This document shows, one piece after another, positions 1-11,192 of a DNA stretch of 64,000 nt. The notes beneath the pieces were generated by a model, which saw only the letters and a list, made by a program, of their open reading frames with translations, made no database searches and was not told the DNA's origin. The position numbers were made by a program, and so were the translations under genes. How positions within the stretch are numbered: the stretch's first letter is position 1; each line of letters begins with the position of its first letter. Source of the DNA: Azolla caroliniana (Eukaryota > Plantae > Polypodiophyta); assembly GCA_043228905.1 (NCBI GenBank), contig JBHGNT010000012.1, positions 6,696,001-6,760,000 on the forward strand. Direction: 5' to 3'.

Positions 1-65
1 TGCTGGTATGTGATTGTGTTATAAATAACGGGTAAAATGTCCTAATCAAGCATTATCTGGAATAG

Positions 66-647
66 GTTGCGCAACAGGAGCTTGAATTAGAGGGGCCACT
101 GGATCCCCAGCGTAAAATAGAACTGCAAATAGAGATCCAGGTTCTTTCAATGAACCTGGACCTTCTAGGTGTAAATACTGTTGCAGATTACAATTTGGAT
201 AAGCTTCAAGTAAGTTAACGATTCCTGAGCAAAGTTGGTGTATCTTTCAACAACAAGAATAATTAATCGGTAAATTTCTCTGTTGCGTTGAAGGAACAAT
301 ACATTCATCAAGAACAGGTAGTTAGCTGCCTTAAGAAGCAGCTACATTTTGTGGAGGGAATGGTAAGGACCAGACAGGATTTGGACCTAAACATTCTTGC
401 TCCCTTACCAAATGAAGTAGAACCAGAAAATGATTTATTGACAGTTCAAGCACATTGCATCGCTTGCGGGTTAGGTGTGGAGGACAAAACTACGTCTTTG
501 TTGGTTCACCTACAACCATGCAACCACACATACCATCTGCTTTGTTTTCAACATGCCTGTCGAATTGCTGCATTCTGTTTGGGAGATTGCAGTACAACTC
601 TACCAAATGAGTGGAGAAAACTAACAGGTATACCATACTGTAGCTAA
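66..647 (+). CDS. 3' exons (66-209, 294-647) of a coiled-coil plus C-terminal RING-H2-like protein
   Basis: GT..AG introns at 6-65 and 210-293 join in frame (VAQQELELE...DKLQ|EQYIHQEQ). C-terminus CIAC..CNHTYHLLC..CLGDC fits RING-H2 spacing (last pair Cx3C). Confidence 0.7.
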
Positions 648-649
648 TA

Positions 650-2045
650 AGCTTAGTCTTTTCTAATTAGCTATCCTACTAGCTAATTAGCTACTGGCAG
701 CTAATGAGCTACTAGCTAATTAGCTATCCTAGTAGCTAATTAGCTATGGTACTAGCTAATTAGCTAGTACCATAGTTGTGTAAAAAAGCTAAATAGCTAT
801 CCTACTAGCTAATTAGCCACTGGCAACTAATTAGCTATCCTAGTAACTAAATAGCTACTGTCATAGTTGTGTAAAGTAGCTAATAAGCTATCCTAGTAGC
901 TAATTAGCTATGGTACTAGCTAATTAGCTAGTACCATAGTTGTGTAAAAAAGCTAATTAGCTATCCTACTAGCTAATTAGCTACTGGCAACTAATTAGCT
1001 ATCCTACTAGCGAATTAGCTATCCTAGTAGCTAATTAGCTACTGGCAACTAATTAGCTATCCTACTAGCTAATTAGCTATCATAGTAGCTAATTAGCTAC
1101 TGACATAGTTGTGTAAAGTAGCTAATAAGCTATCCTAGTAGCTAATTAGCTACTGGCAGCTAATTAGCTATTCTAGTAGCTAATTAGTTACTAGCAGCTA
1201 ATTAGCTGTCCTAGTAGCTAATAAGCTATCCTAGCTACTACATAGTTGAGAAAGTAGCTAATTAGCTTTCATTGTAGCTAATTAGCTATCCTAGCTACCA
1301 CCATAGTTAGTAAAGTAGCTAATTAGCTATCCTAGCTACTACCATAGTTAGTAAAGTAGCTAATTAGATATCCTATCTACTACCATAGTTGAGTAAAGTA
1401 GCTAATTAGCTATCCTAGCTACTACCATAGTTGAGTAAAGTAGCTAATTAGCTACCATAGTAGCTAATTAGCTATCCTAGCTACCACCATAGTTGTGTAA
1501 AGTAGCTAATAAGCTATCCTACTAGCTAATTAGCTATCCTAGTAGCTAATTAGCTATGGTACTAGCTAATTAGCTAGTACCATAGTTGTTTAAAAAAGCT
1601 AATTAGCTATCCTACTAGCTAATTAGCCACTGGCAACTAATTAGCTATCCTAGTAACTAATTAGCTACTGCCATAGTTGTGTAAAGTAGCTAATAAGCTA
1701 TCCTAGTAGCTAATTAGCTACTAGCAGCTAATTAGCTATCCTAGTAGCTAATTAGCTATCCTAGTAGCTAATTAGCTAGTACCATAGTTGTGTAAAAAAG
1801 CTAATTAGCTATCCTACTAGCTAATTAGCTACTGGCAACTAATTAGCTATCCTAGTAGCTAATTAGCTATCCTACTAGCTAATTAGCTGCTGGCAACTAA
1901 TTAGCTATCCTACTAGCGAATTAGCTATCCTAGTAGCTAATTAGCTACTGGCAACTAATTAGCTATCCTACTAGCTAATTAGCTATCATAGTAGCTAATT
2001 AGCCACTGCCATAGTTGTGTAAAGTAGCTAATAAGCTATCCTAGT
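650..2045. repeat. Palindromic satellite, core TAGCTAATTAGCTA, about 20-21 bp period with CATAGTTGTGTAAA-type higher-order spacers
   Basis: Directly visible tandem array. Confidence 0.95.
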
Positions 2046-2667
2046 TATTTGGGAAATCAGATATGCAAGTCTTAAACTGATGGGCCTGCCATGAATAAAT
2101 GAAGTTGTGTTTAATGAACTTTCCTAGAGATACTACAAACAGAGACACCAAATCCCTTGGTTTAAGCATCTTCCGAACTAGATCCTTTCTTTTACACACC
2201 TTTCCTTCGAAATTGGTGTTCACTAACTCAAATAACTTCACAGAGATCAATATTTCACTACTCAATTCATTTGGACACCACCTAAATCTAGTAGGGCCAC
2301 AATCTTGACATAAACCCATGACACATTTATGAATATGGAAGATAGCGTCAGTTTCTCTCGGACACAATATTGAATCTAATAAATAACTCATGGAAGAGAT
2401 AGCCTGCTCAGATGATTTACACTCCTCTTGCGGGCTTGATCGACAGATTGGGCACCCACATGTGCAAACTGTATTAGTTAGGGATGCGCTATGGTGACGT
2501 AGTAGATTAACAGAGTCCTTCAGAAAACCCATCTGTACATGGTAAATGCAACAACATGTGTATCGATCCTTTAAGCGTCTCACAAAGTGTGGCTTAAGAG
2601 ACTCGAATGTTCGTAGTTGAACTTTGATAGTTGGATGCATTCGTTTGAACCTAATAAATAAATCGAC
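2041..2667 (-). pseudogene. Transposase exon 2 (Cys-rich region), truncated before the catalytic domain
   Basis: Acceptor TTATTACGCAG|GTC at 2668/2667 gives VDLFIRFKRMHPTIK...; the ORF ends at a TAG where it meets the satellite. Confidence 0.7.
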
Positions 2668-2699
2668 CTGCGTAATAAAGGGGAATTAGTTATTCTCGT

Positions 2700-3900
2700 A
2701 ACTAGCTAACTATCCTAGTAGCTAATTAGCTATTCTAGTAGCTAGTTAGCTATTCTAGTAGCTAATTAGCTATCATGGTAGCTAATTAGTTGTCCTAGTA
2801 GCTAATTAGCTATCATGGTAGCTAATTAGTTGTCCTAGTAGCTAATTAGTTGTCCTAGTAGCTAATTAGCTATCATGGTAGCTAATTAGCTGCTCTAGTA
2901 GCTAATTAGCTATCATGGTGGCTAATTAGTTTTCCTAGTAACTAATTAGCTATCATGGTAGCTAATTAGCTGGTCTAGTAGCTAATTAGCTATCATGGTG
3001 GCTAATTAGCTTTCCTAGTAACTAATTAGCTATCATGGTAGCTAATTAGCTGGTCTAGTAGCTAATTAGCTATCATGGTAGCTACTTAGCTGGTCTAGTA
3101 GCTAATTAGCTATAATGGTGGCTAATTAGCTTTCCTAGTAACTAATTAGCTATCATGGTAGCTAATTAGCTGTCCTAGTAACTAATTAGCTATCATGGTA
3201 GCTAATTAGCTGGTCTAGTAGCTAATTAGCTATATTGGTGGCTAATTAGCTATCCTAACTAATTAGCTATCATGGTGGCTAATTAGATGTCCTAGTAACT
3301 AATTAGCTATCATGGTAGCTAATTAGCTGGTCTAGTAGTTAATTAGCTATAATGGTGGCTAATTAGCTATCCTAACTAATTAGCTATCATGGTAGCAAAT
3401 TAGCTGGTCTAGTAGCTAATTAGCTATCACGGTGGCTAATTAGCTATCCTAGTAAGCTAATTAGCTATCATGGTAGTTAATTAGCTTTCCTAGTAGCTAA
3501 TTAGCTGGTAATAACGAAATAACAAACTAGCTACCATGATAGCTAACTAGCTTCCAGTACAACTAATTATCTGGTAGTACCTAAATTAGCTATTGAGAAT
3601 AGCTAATTAGCTATCATGGTAGTAGCTATTGAGAGTAGCCAGTTACCTATGTAGTAGCTATCATGGTAGCTAATTAGCTTTCCTAGTAGCTAATTAGCTA
3701 GTAATAACGAAATAGCTAACTAGCTACCATGATAGCTAGCTAGCTTGCAGTACAGCTAATTATCTGGTAGTACCTAAATTAGCTATTGAGAATAGCTAAT
3801 TAGCTATCATGGTAGTAACTATTGAGAGTAGCTAGTTACCTATGTAGTAGCGATCCTAGTAGCTAACTGAGGTAAATGTAACTGGTAAGCTAATTAGCTT
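2700..3900. repeat. Same TAGCTAATTAGCTA satellite filling the 1300-bp transposase intron (2668-3967)
   Basis: Tandem array lying between donor CAG|GTATTT (3968/3967) and the acceptor at 2668. Confidence 0.9.
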
Positions 3901-3967
3901 TTCTGCTAACTGAGCTAATTAATTTTCCGAGTAGAGTCAAAACAAATGTTGAGATAAATGTAAATAC

Positions 3968-4718
3968 CTGAGGTACATCAAGAAGATGAATGGGATGCTC
4001 CTCGTATTGATTTCTTCCTACACGTTTCCTACATAAATCCTTTTTATTGGGTGAAACCCTACTCTCATTAGTCCAAAACATTGTGATTACATCCTTGATT
4101 TCAAATGTTATGGGTGTCATTGGCGTACATCTTGTAGTTAGCTTTAGTAGACTAGTTCCTTCACCCGAGGAAATTATACGGTTCATTGTATTGTACACTG
4201 TTTTTCTACTAACACCAATTACCTTAGATAGCTCACTGATGTTTATATCGTCAACATCACTATTAAGTAACATCATTAGACTAGACCTTTTTAAGACAAG
4301 ATCATCTTCTGACCTGCTCATGGATACGAAACTATTACGAAGATTATTTACTAAAATAGATGATATGTTTGCATTAAGACCATCACAATCAACTAAGTCC
4401 TTTATCGATGGATCATTACATATTCCATAAAGTACTACCTTCTTTTCTTCATTGCTGATGTGCTTGGTTTGAACATTGAAATAGTCTACAACCTTTCTCT
4501 CTATGATGGTAGTCGCATTACTTACATTCTCAGCTAAACTATCCTTACCTTTACTGAGTGTGGCTTTCGTATCCTTCAACAATTGACGATGTTTCCTTTT
4601 TTTTTTCTGCCCAATAGTTTCGTATGGCTTGTTGTGTCCTGATAACATCATCCCTATCCTTATGATCATTCAGGGGTAATTCTAAACACCCTTCTTCCCC
4701 TTCCATTTGGTTGGACAT
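3968..4718 (-). pseudogene. Transposase exon 1 with HTH (ISELSKVIGVSRKTVYN)
   Basis: HTH-like motif and a splice donor after LLDVPQ. Likely start ATG at 4718 with a frameshift in an A10 run (4597-4606). Confidence 0.65.
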
Positions 4719-5049
4719 GTTAAAACCCTAAATTTCCAGAAAAAAAAACAAGTATTAAAGATGGCTATGGGCAACAACAATACACAAAAATATTCCACAC
4801 AATACACAAGATTAGACACAACAATACACAAGATAATCAATAGACAGAAAAGTTATTGCAATCCAAGACCGAACAGTAGAGGATTTCACTCCGTTGGATC
4901 CAACAATTGAGGAGGCGATCCAAGACCGACCAATGGCAACAACTGAGTGTAGAATGTTGTCATTGGATGAGTGAACTCCGTCAAATCGAAATGTGGAAGC
5001 AATCCGGGACTGGACAGTAGTGGCAACTGAGTATAGAATGATGGCAATG

Positions 5050-5625
5050 GAGGAGAGAACCCCGTCAGATTGAACAGTTACCGATGATGCTTGAAACGCA
5101 CGTAGAAGGCACTTGAGAATAGAGTGGCACAGAGAAGAGAACCCCGTCAGATTGAACAGTTACCAATGATGCTTGAAACGCACAGTAGCGGCCCCTGAGT
5201 GAGAGTGGAAAAGAGAAGAGAACCCCGTCAGATTGAATAGCTCTTTGATTATGCTTGGAACGCACAGTAGCAGCCCCTGAGTGTAGAGTGGCAAAGAGAA
5301 GAGAACCCCGTCAGATTGAACAGCTCTTTGATGATGCTTGGAACGCACAACAACGGCCCCTGAGTGTAGAGTGACACAGAGAAGAGAACCCCCTCAGATT
5401 GAACAGCTCTTTGATGATGCTTGGAACGCACAGTAATGGCCCCTGAGTGTAGAGTGGCACAGAGAAGAGAACCCCGTCAGATTGAACAGCTCTTTGATGA
5501 TGCTTGGAATGCACAGTAGTGGCCCCTGAGTGTAGAGTGTCACAGAGAAGAGAACCCCGTCAGATTGAGCAGCTCTTTGATGATGCTTGGAACGCACAAT
5601 AGCGGCCCCTCAGTGTAGAGTGGCG
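5050..5625. repeat. 83-bp tandem repeat, about 7 copies (subterminal/promoter region of the DNA transposon)
   Basis: GAGAACCCCGTCAGATTGAACAG recurs about every 83 bp. Confidence 0.92.
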
Positions 5626-5977
5626 GCAGGTGGACTCGATAGGGTTTAGCAACAGTGGTAGCAACTAACCCACAGTACTCAACTAGAGATGGCCTACGTG
5701 ATGTGGCAAAGGATCATGCATAATGGACCTAGGAATTCGATATATAATTTATGGTACACATTTATGGTGCACACATCAATTTATGTTGCACATTTATGGC
5801 ACTCATTTACATATGTAATTAAAACACTCTAGTATTTTCAATGGTAGTTTTTTGCATACTTAATTTATTAATGATGGCTTTTTACTAAAATGACTATTTA
5901 TCAATGGTAGCTTTTTGCATAGCTAATTAGCTATGTCAAGGACATAGCTAATTGTTTCCACTCGTATGCTTTCACCC

Positions 5978-6190
5978 ATAACACTTATACCCCTTTTGCT
6001 CATGCGAGTATCCGACTAGGATGCATTTCTCCGACTTTGCATCCAACTTCCTGCACTTCTCATCTGGCACATGCACGTATACAATGCTACCGAATATCCG
6101 AAGGTGTCTCAAATTTGGCTTGCGCCCGAAATACAACTCATGTGCAGACACCTTGTCACCGATCCAGTTTTGGATATATGCTTTTGTAAT
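5978..6190 (-). mobile_element. Copia family A integrase fragment
   Basis: Closely matches 9237-9370 and 37545-37745 (LDAKSEKCILVGY). Confidence 0.8.
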
Positions 6191-6513
6191 GGCATCATCG
6201 GCATCCCATACATGCCTTCAACATCCTATCTCTCACTTCCTTACATCTTTTCATGTAAGCATGGGACTACATTCGGTAGCCATGCATTCCCTTTTGTATC
6301 TTTTAGTATGTATGCATGGGATTACTTTCGATAGTTGGCATTTTGCATAATCTTAGTATTTCCTTTCCAATGCGCGGGACTACATTGTAGCCGGCATTTC
6401 TATTCAACACATGTTCTACCCTTCCGTTGTAACCAATATACCTTTGATCACTCTCCCTCCCACTCACTTTCTCTTGCATGATATCCTTCCCCCATAGTCT
6501 CTCTCTATATTAC

Positions 6514-7262
6514 TGCCACCTGTGAAGCCATCTGGATTCGGCGATTGCTGCGAGACCTACGGATTGAGGTGTAAGGAATACGGTTTTTTAAGCTATGCTC
6601 GGTCACAATCGAGACATCAGATCAAGCACAGAAAACAGGGATGTTGTGAGATGTATCTACACATGAAACAATAAAGAAGAGAGTGCACTGGATATTAACG
6701 TGGAAAACCCAAATCTGGGAAAAACCACGGCAGCCCTCAGACTGCAAAATATCACTATATCAAGATTACAACAATGGGGCACAGAGGCAACGACCTCTTG
6801 CTCCCTCGCCTCGCCACTAGGCGGTTACAAAAGAGGCAACAACCTCTTCTTCTCTCTCTCTCTCTTCTCTGTACACAACCAACTCTACATCATCTATTAA
6901 GTTTGCCCTAGGTCATATTTATACTAATATGACTTTTGGGCTATTTACAAATATAGCCCCAGTGGGCTCTCTAGAACATATTTACATATATGTCCCTTCA
7001 TCCGGTGAGAGGTTCTCACCGGGCCTACAACATCCGGTTCTCACCGGGTCTTCCGTTGCCGGGTACTCCACATCCGGATTCGGTCGAGTCCTATCGGCCT
7101 TGGCCGAGTTGCTCATCAACACTGTTCTTCTCACTTCCCATCCGGAGGGACCTGTTTCCTAACATGAGGTATTGACCCCGATCCTGATCTACTGTGACAA
7201 CATGAGTAGCATTTAGCTCGCCAAGAACCCCGTGTTCCATGCTCAGACGAAGCACATAGAAG
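6514..7262 (+). mobile_element. Copia family A RNase H fragment interrupted by a solo LTR
   Basis: ATCEAIWIRRLLRDLRIE|VLTPILIYCDN...AKNPVFHAQTKHIE reads across the insertion. Confidence 0.8.
6570..7164 (-). mobile_element. Solo LTR of copia family B, TSD TGAGG
   Basis: TG..CA ends, TGAGG at 6565-6569 and 7165-7169, and homology to the other B LTRs. Confidence 0.92.
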
Positions 7263-10200
7263 ATGTCGGCAACTTGCCAATCCGTATGAACATACCGAAG
7301 TTTGACTTCACCGCTCAGGATACGCTCACGCACGAAGTGGTAGTGCACTTCTATGTTCTTTGTGCAAGCATGGAATACAGGGTTCTTGGCGAGCTGCATG
7401 CTGCTTATGTTGTGGCAGTGGATCAGGATCGGGGTTGGCACCTCGATCCAAAGGTCTTGCAGCAGTCGCCGAAGCCAAATGGCCTCACAAGTGGCAACGG
7501 TAGCGCCTTGGTATTCAGCCTCCGTGCTTGAAAGGGCCACTGTTGGCTGCTTTTTGCCGCTCCACGCAACAGCCGCGCTACCAAGGGAAAACATATAGCA
7601 GGAGGTGGATCGGTGATACGATGCATCGCCGGCCCAGTTGAGATAGGTGTAACTGACTAGCTCTTCGTTTGTACCATGCCGGTATAACAGTCCCTGGTCC
7701 TACGTGCCGCTCACATATCGCAAAATTCGATGTGCGCACTGAAGGTGTTCCACAGTCAGCTTCTGCATGAATTGGCTGATCACTCCGCACTGAAGGCTTC
7801 CGACGATTTGTCAGAACCGCTTCTCATCGTAGGCCGGTCCGGAGTCGGTACGGAGCTTCAAGTTCTGGTCTAGGGGTGTGGAGATCGGTCGGCATTCTGT
7901 CATGCTGAACTTGTACAACATATTTAACACATAGTGTCTTTGTGAGAACAATATGCCATCGAGGATTCGGATAACCTCGATCCCAAGGAAATAGTGAAGG
8001 TCCCCCAGGTCCTTCATCTGAAATGCGTCCAACAGCTAGGACTTGACTCGGTTGATTTCATCGAGTCCGGGTCCGGTGATGGCTAGATCATCAACATACA
8101 GCAAGATGCAAACCTGACCGTCCGGACCTTGCCGGATGAACAACGAAGAGTCGGACTTGGAGGCCGAATATCCCATCTTATGCAACCGGTGCATGATCTT
8201 CGCATTCCAAGCTCGGGGGGCTTGCTTCAGGCCATAAAGTGACTTCTTTAGCTGGCATACTGCCGACTTGTTCATCTCCGACTGGAAACTAGGGGTTGGG
8301 TCATAAAGACATCTTCTTCAAGATCGCCTTGAAGAAATGCATTCTTCACGTCCATCTGATGAAGATGCCACCCCCTTGCCGCAACAACCGCCAACACCAC
8401 ACGAACCGTCGTCATCTTCGCGACCGGAGCGAAGGTCTCGTCGTAGTTGATTCCTTGGTTCTCCGCGTATCCCTTCGCCACTAACTGGGCCTTGTACCGG
8501 TAACTGAACCATCGGTACTATACTTTACCTTTTACACCCACTTAAATCCGATTGGTTTTTAGTGTCGGGGAGGGTCAACTAGGTCCCATGTGTTGTTGGC
8601 ACTAAGTGCATGCATTTCTTCCTCCATAACGGCATGCCAATTTGCATCCTTTGCCGCTTCTGTGTAGCTCTCTGGCTCACGCACTTCCGCCACCTTGGTC
8701 ATGTACGCATAGTGATATGCCATGTACTCATTGTACCCGTACCGCTTCATGGGGTTCTTCTGGCGGGAAGAACAACGTAACTTAACGTTATCCGGTTTGG
8801 GGCCCTTCTTGGGCGGTTCGGTCTTCGTTCCCGAAGATCCCCCTTATTCCTTATTGGAGTCGGATCCGGTCCGATCTGACTCACCATTGCCGGTCTCGTG
8901 TTCAAGCATCTTCTTCTTCCCCTTCCCCTTGTGTGTGAACCGTCTCCTCGGTTCCTTGCGTGGGGAGAGCACGACAAAGTCTCCACTACTCGCCGGTTCA
9001 TCATCTGATTGGTCTGTTAGACCCAATCGCTCGTTCGGCCCACTTAACCAAAACAATTCCAGACTCTCATCTAGAGTCTCGAACCCTTCATCTTCTAATT
9101 GGACCGGTTCAGGCTCAATAGCCTCATCCTCCGGTATCGGGTTGGGGTCGGAAGTCGGAGCCTGTGAGGTATACCAGGATGTCGTCCCATCAAACTCAAC
9201 ATCCCGGCTAGCTTGGACCTGCTTCGTACGGGGGTTATAACACTTATACACCTTTTGCTCATGCGAGTATCCGACCAGGATGCATTTCTCCGACTTTGCA
9301 TTGAACTTCCTCCACTTCTTATCCGGCACATGCACATATGCAATGCTACCGAATATCTGAAGGTGTCTCATGCACGGACACCTTGTCACCTATCCGGGTT
9401 TGGATATAGGCGGCCATCTCATGCATGGATACCTTGTCACCTATCTAGACCGCCTCAACCCAGTAGAATTTGGGCATACTCTTCTCCTCCAACATCGCCC
9501 TTGCCGCGTCGATAATCGACCGGTTCTTCCTCTCGGCCACACCATTTTGCTCCGGTGGATATCTGCAGCTGAACTCTCTCCGAATTCCTTCTTGCTATAG
9601 ATAACTGTTGAATTGGCCGGAAAAATATTCTTTTCCGCCATCTGACCGCAGACACTTGATGTTCCTCTCCGTTTCCCATTCAACCAGACTCTGTAGGTTG
9701 TGGAAACACTCGAAGACTTCACTCTTCCACTCAATGAGGTAGATCCATGTGTGCCGGATGTAGTCGTTAATGAAGGAGATGAAATATTGACCCCCGCCAA
9801 GACTAACGTTTTGTGCCGGTCCCCATACATCCGAATGAATAAGGTCGATCTTGTTACGGCTACGGTTTCGTTCGGTGGGGAAAGGAAGCCGGTGTTGCTT
9901 CCCGAGTTGGCAAGCTTCACAAATTTTGGGCTTCTAGACGCTAAATTTCGGGAAACCGAAAATGACTTGTTTCGATTGCAGGTCTTGAAGCCTCCGATAA
10001 TTGACATGGCCAATCCGCTTGTGCCACAGGTCGATGTCCGATTTGACCTTTTGCCCTTTCGCAAACATAGAGGTGCCAACGTCATTGGTGTCGAGGATGA
10101 ACATCCTCCCATCTCTGCGCTCTTGCGCAATAATCTGGCCCTCTTCCTCGATGAAGCGCCCAAGGTGCATAAACCGCACCTGCATGCCTTGGTCAACAAT

Positions 10201-10630
10201 CTGACCGACTGACACCAGGTTCTTCGTGATAGTTGGAACGTGTAATACGTTCATCAGCTTCCCCCTCTGTCCGACGTGGCTCAAAGAGACTTCTCCGACA
10301 TGCACAATCGGGTGAGGAGTGTCGTCTCCGGTTTCGACGACTCCCGGTTGTTCCGGTTTCTCCGAGAAAGAGAACCACTCTTTGTGGCTCGTTATGTGAT
10401 TCGACGCACCGGAATCAACGTACCACACTTCCTCTGATTTGGAAGTGGTCTTCTTCATCGAGTTATCCTTCTGTTTCATCACCAAGGCTAGCCCTTTACC
10501 AGCTTTTTTGGTTTTGGATTCTCTCGACCCTTCTGCGTAGTGCGAGTATTGCCAGATCCGGATCTGTCCGAAACGGCGCACTTCTTCCAGCACTCGCTTT
10601 CTCTGTGGCCCTTTTTACCATAGTACTAGC
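7259..10630 (-). mobile_element. Degenerate copia family A (end of gag, PR, INT, RT, RNase H; no LTRs)
   Basis: [29 protein letters not shown] and SSTEAEY motifs, with frameshifts. Confidence 0.92.
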
Positions 10631-10639
10631 ATTCGGAAG

Positions 10640-11192
10640 CCCATAACATCCGACTACAGTCGTCAATGAAGGTCACAAAGTATTGTGAACTAGCATGAGA
10701 CTTGGTGTCGACGTAACATACATCGGTATGCATGAATTCCAACGACATTCTCTTACTTGTCGGAGGCCTAGTTCGGAAGGAGGTTTTGTTCTACTTGCCG
10801 GCCAAGCAATCGATGCACTTCTCAAGTTGCACATTCTTCACCTTCGGAATGAGTTTATCATCGGCAAGTCTACGCATCCCCTTCTCACTCATGTGACACA
10901 ACCTCTTGTGCCATAGCTCACCGGCAATGTCGGTTGCCACATTCACTTCCTCCCGGCATATTCGTTCATGCATTATAATCAGGCTCCCTTTGCAAAACTT
11001 CATGACGTCGTTCGAGATGCTACTTGTGTAGCCTTCGTCATCCAGCTGACCGGTTGATATCAGATTCAGTCGAACCTCCAGAACATATCAGACATCCTTC
11101 AGCACTAGTCAGCACCCGGTTCACGTCACTAGACACATCTCCTATGCTGAAAATTTGGCAGGCTCCTTCATTTCCCATCTTTACAAGACCGT
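10640..11192 (-). mobile_element. Copia B-related fragment (PR to INT zinc finger); probably continues at 18600-18890
   Basis: VKMGNEGAC and WHKRLCHMSEKG..CIDCLAGK motifs; cut by the insertion at 11193. Confidence 0.8.

Larger units (their letters stand above)
1..5963 (-). mobile_element. Sola2-like DNA transposon (partial; left end outside window)
   Basis: Spliced transposase-like ORF with FW..SRVSPNKKD, F..LKP.FV, TCCC.YH, CxxGxCxxC and H....WQ motifs that I associate with Sola2 N-terminal regions. Candidate terminus reads 5'-GAGTGGAAAC on minus at 5963, just before copia sequence starts (~5978). Family call is from motif memory. Confidence 0.55.

Noticed and set aside
5050-5625. CRISPR-like regular array and its short minus-strand ORFs
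   Set aside because: Whole units repeat with no unique spacers and no cas genes, in a eukaryotic context. The ORFs are by-products of the repeat.
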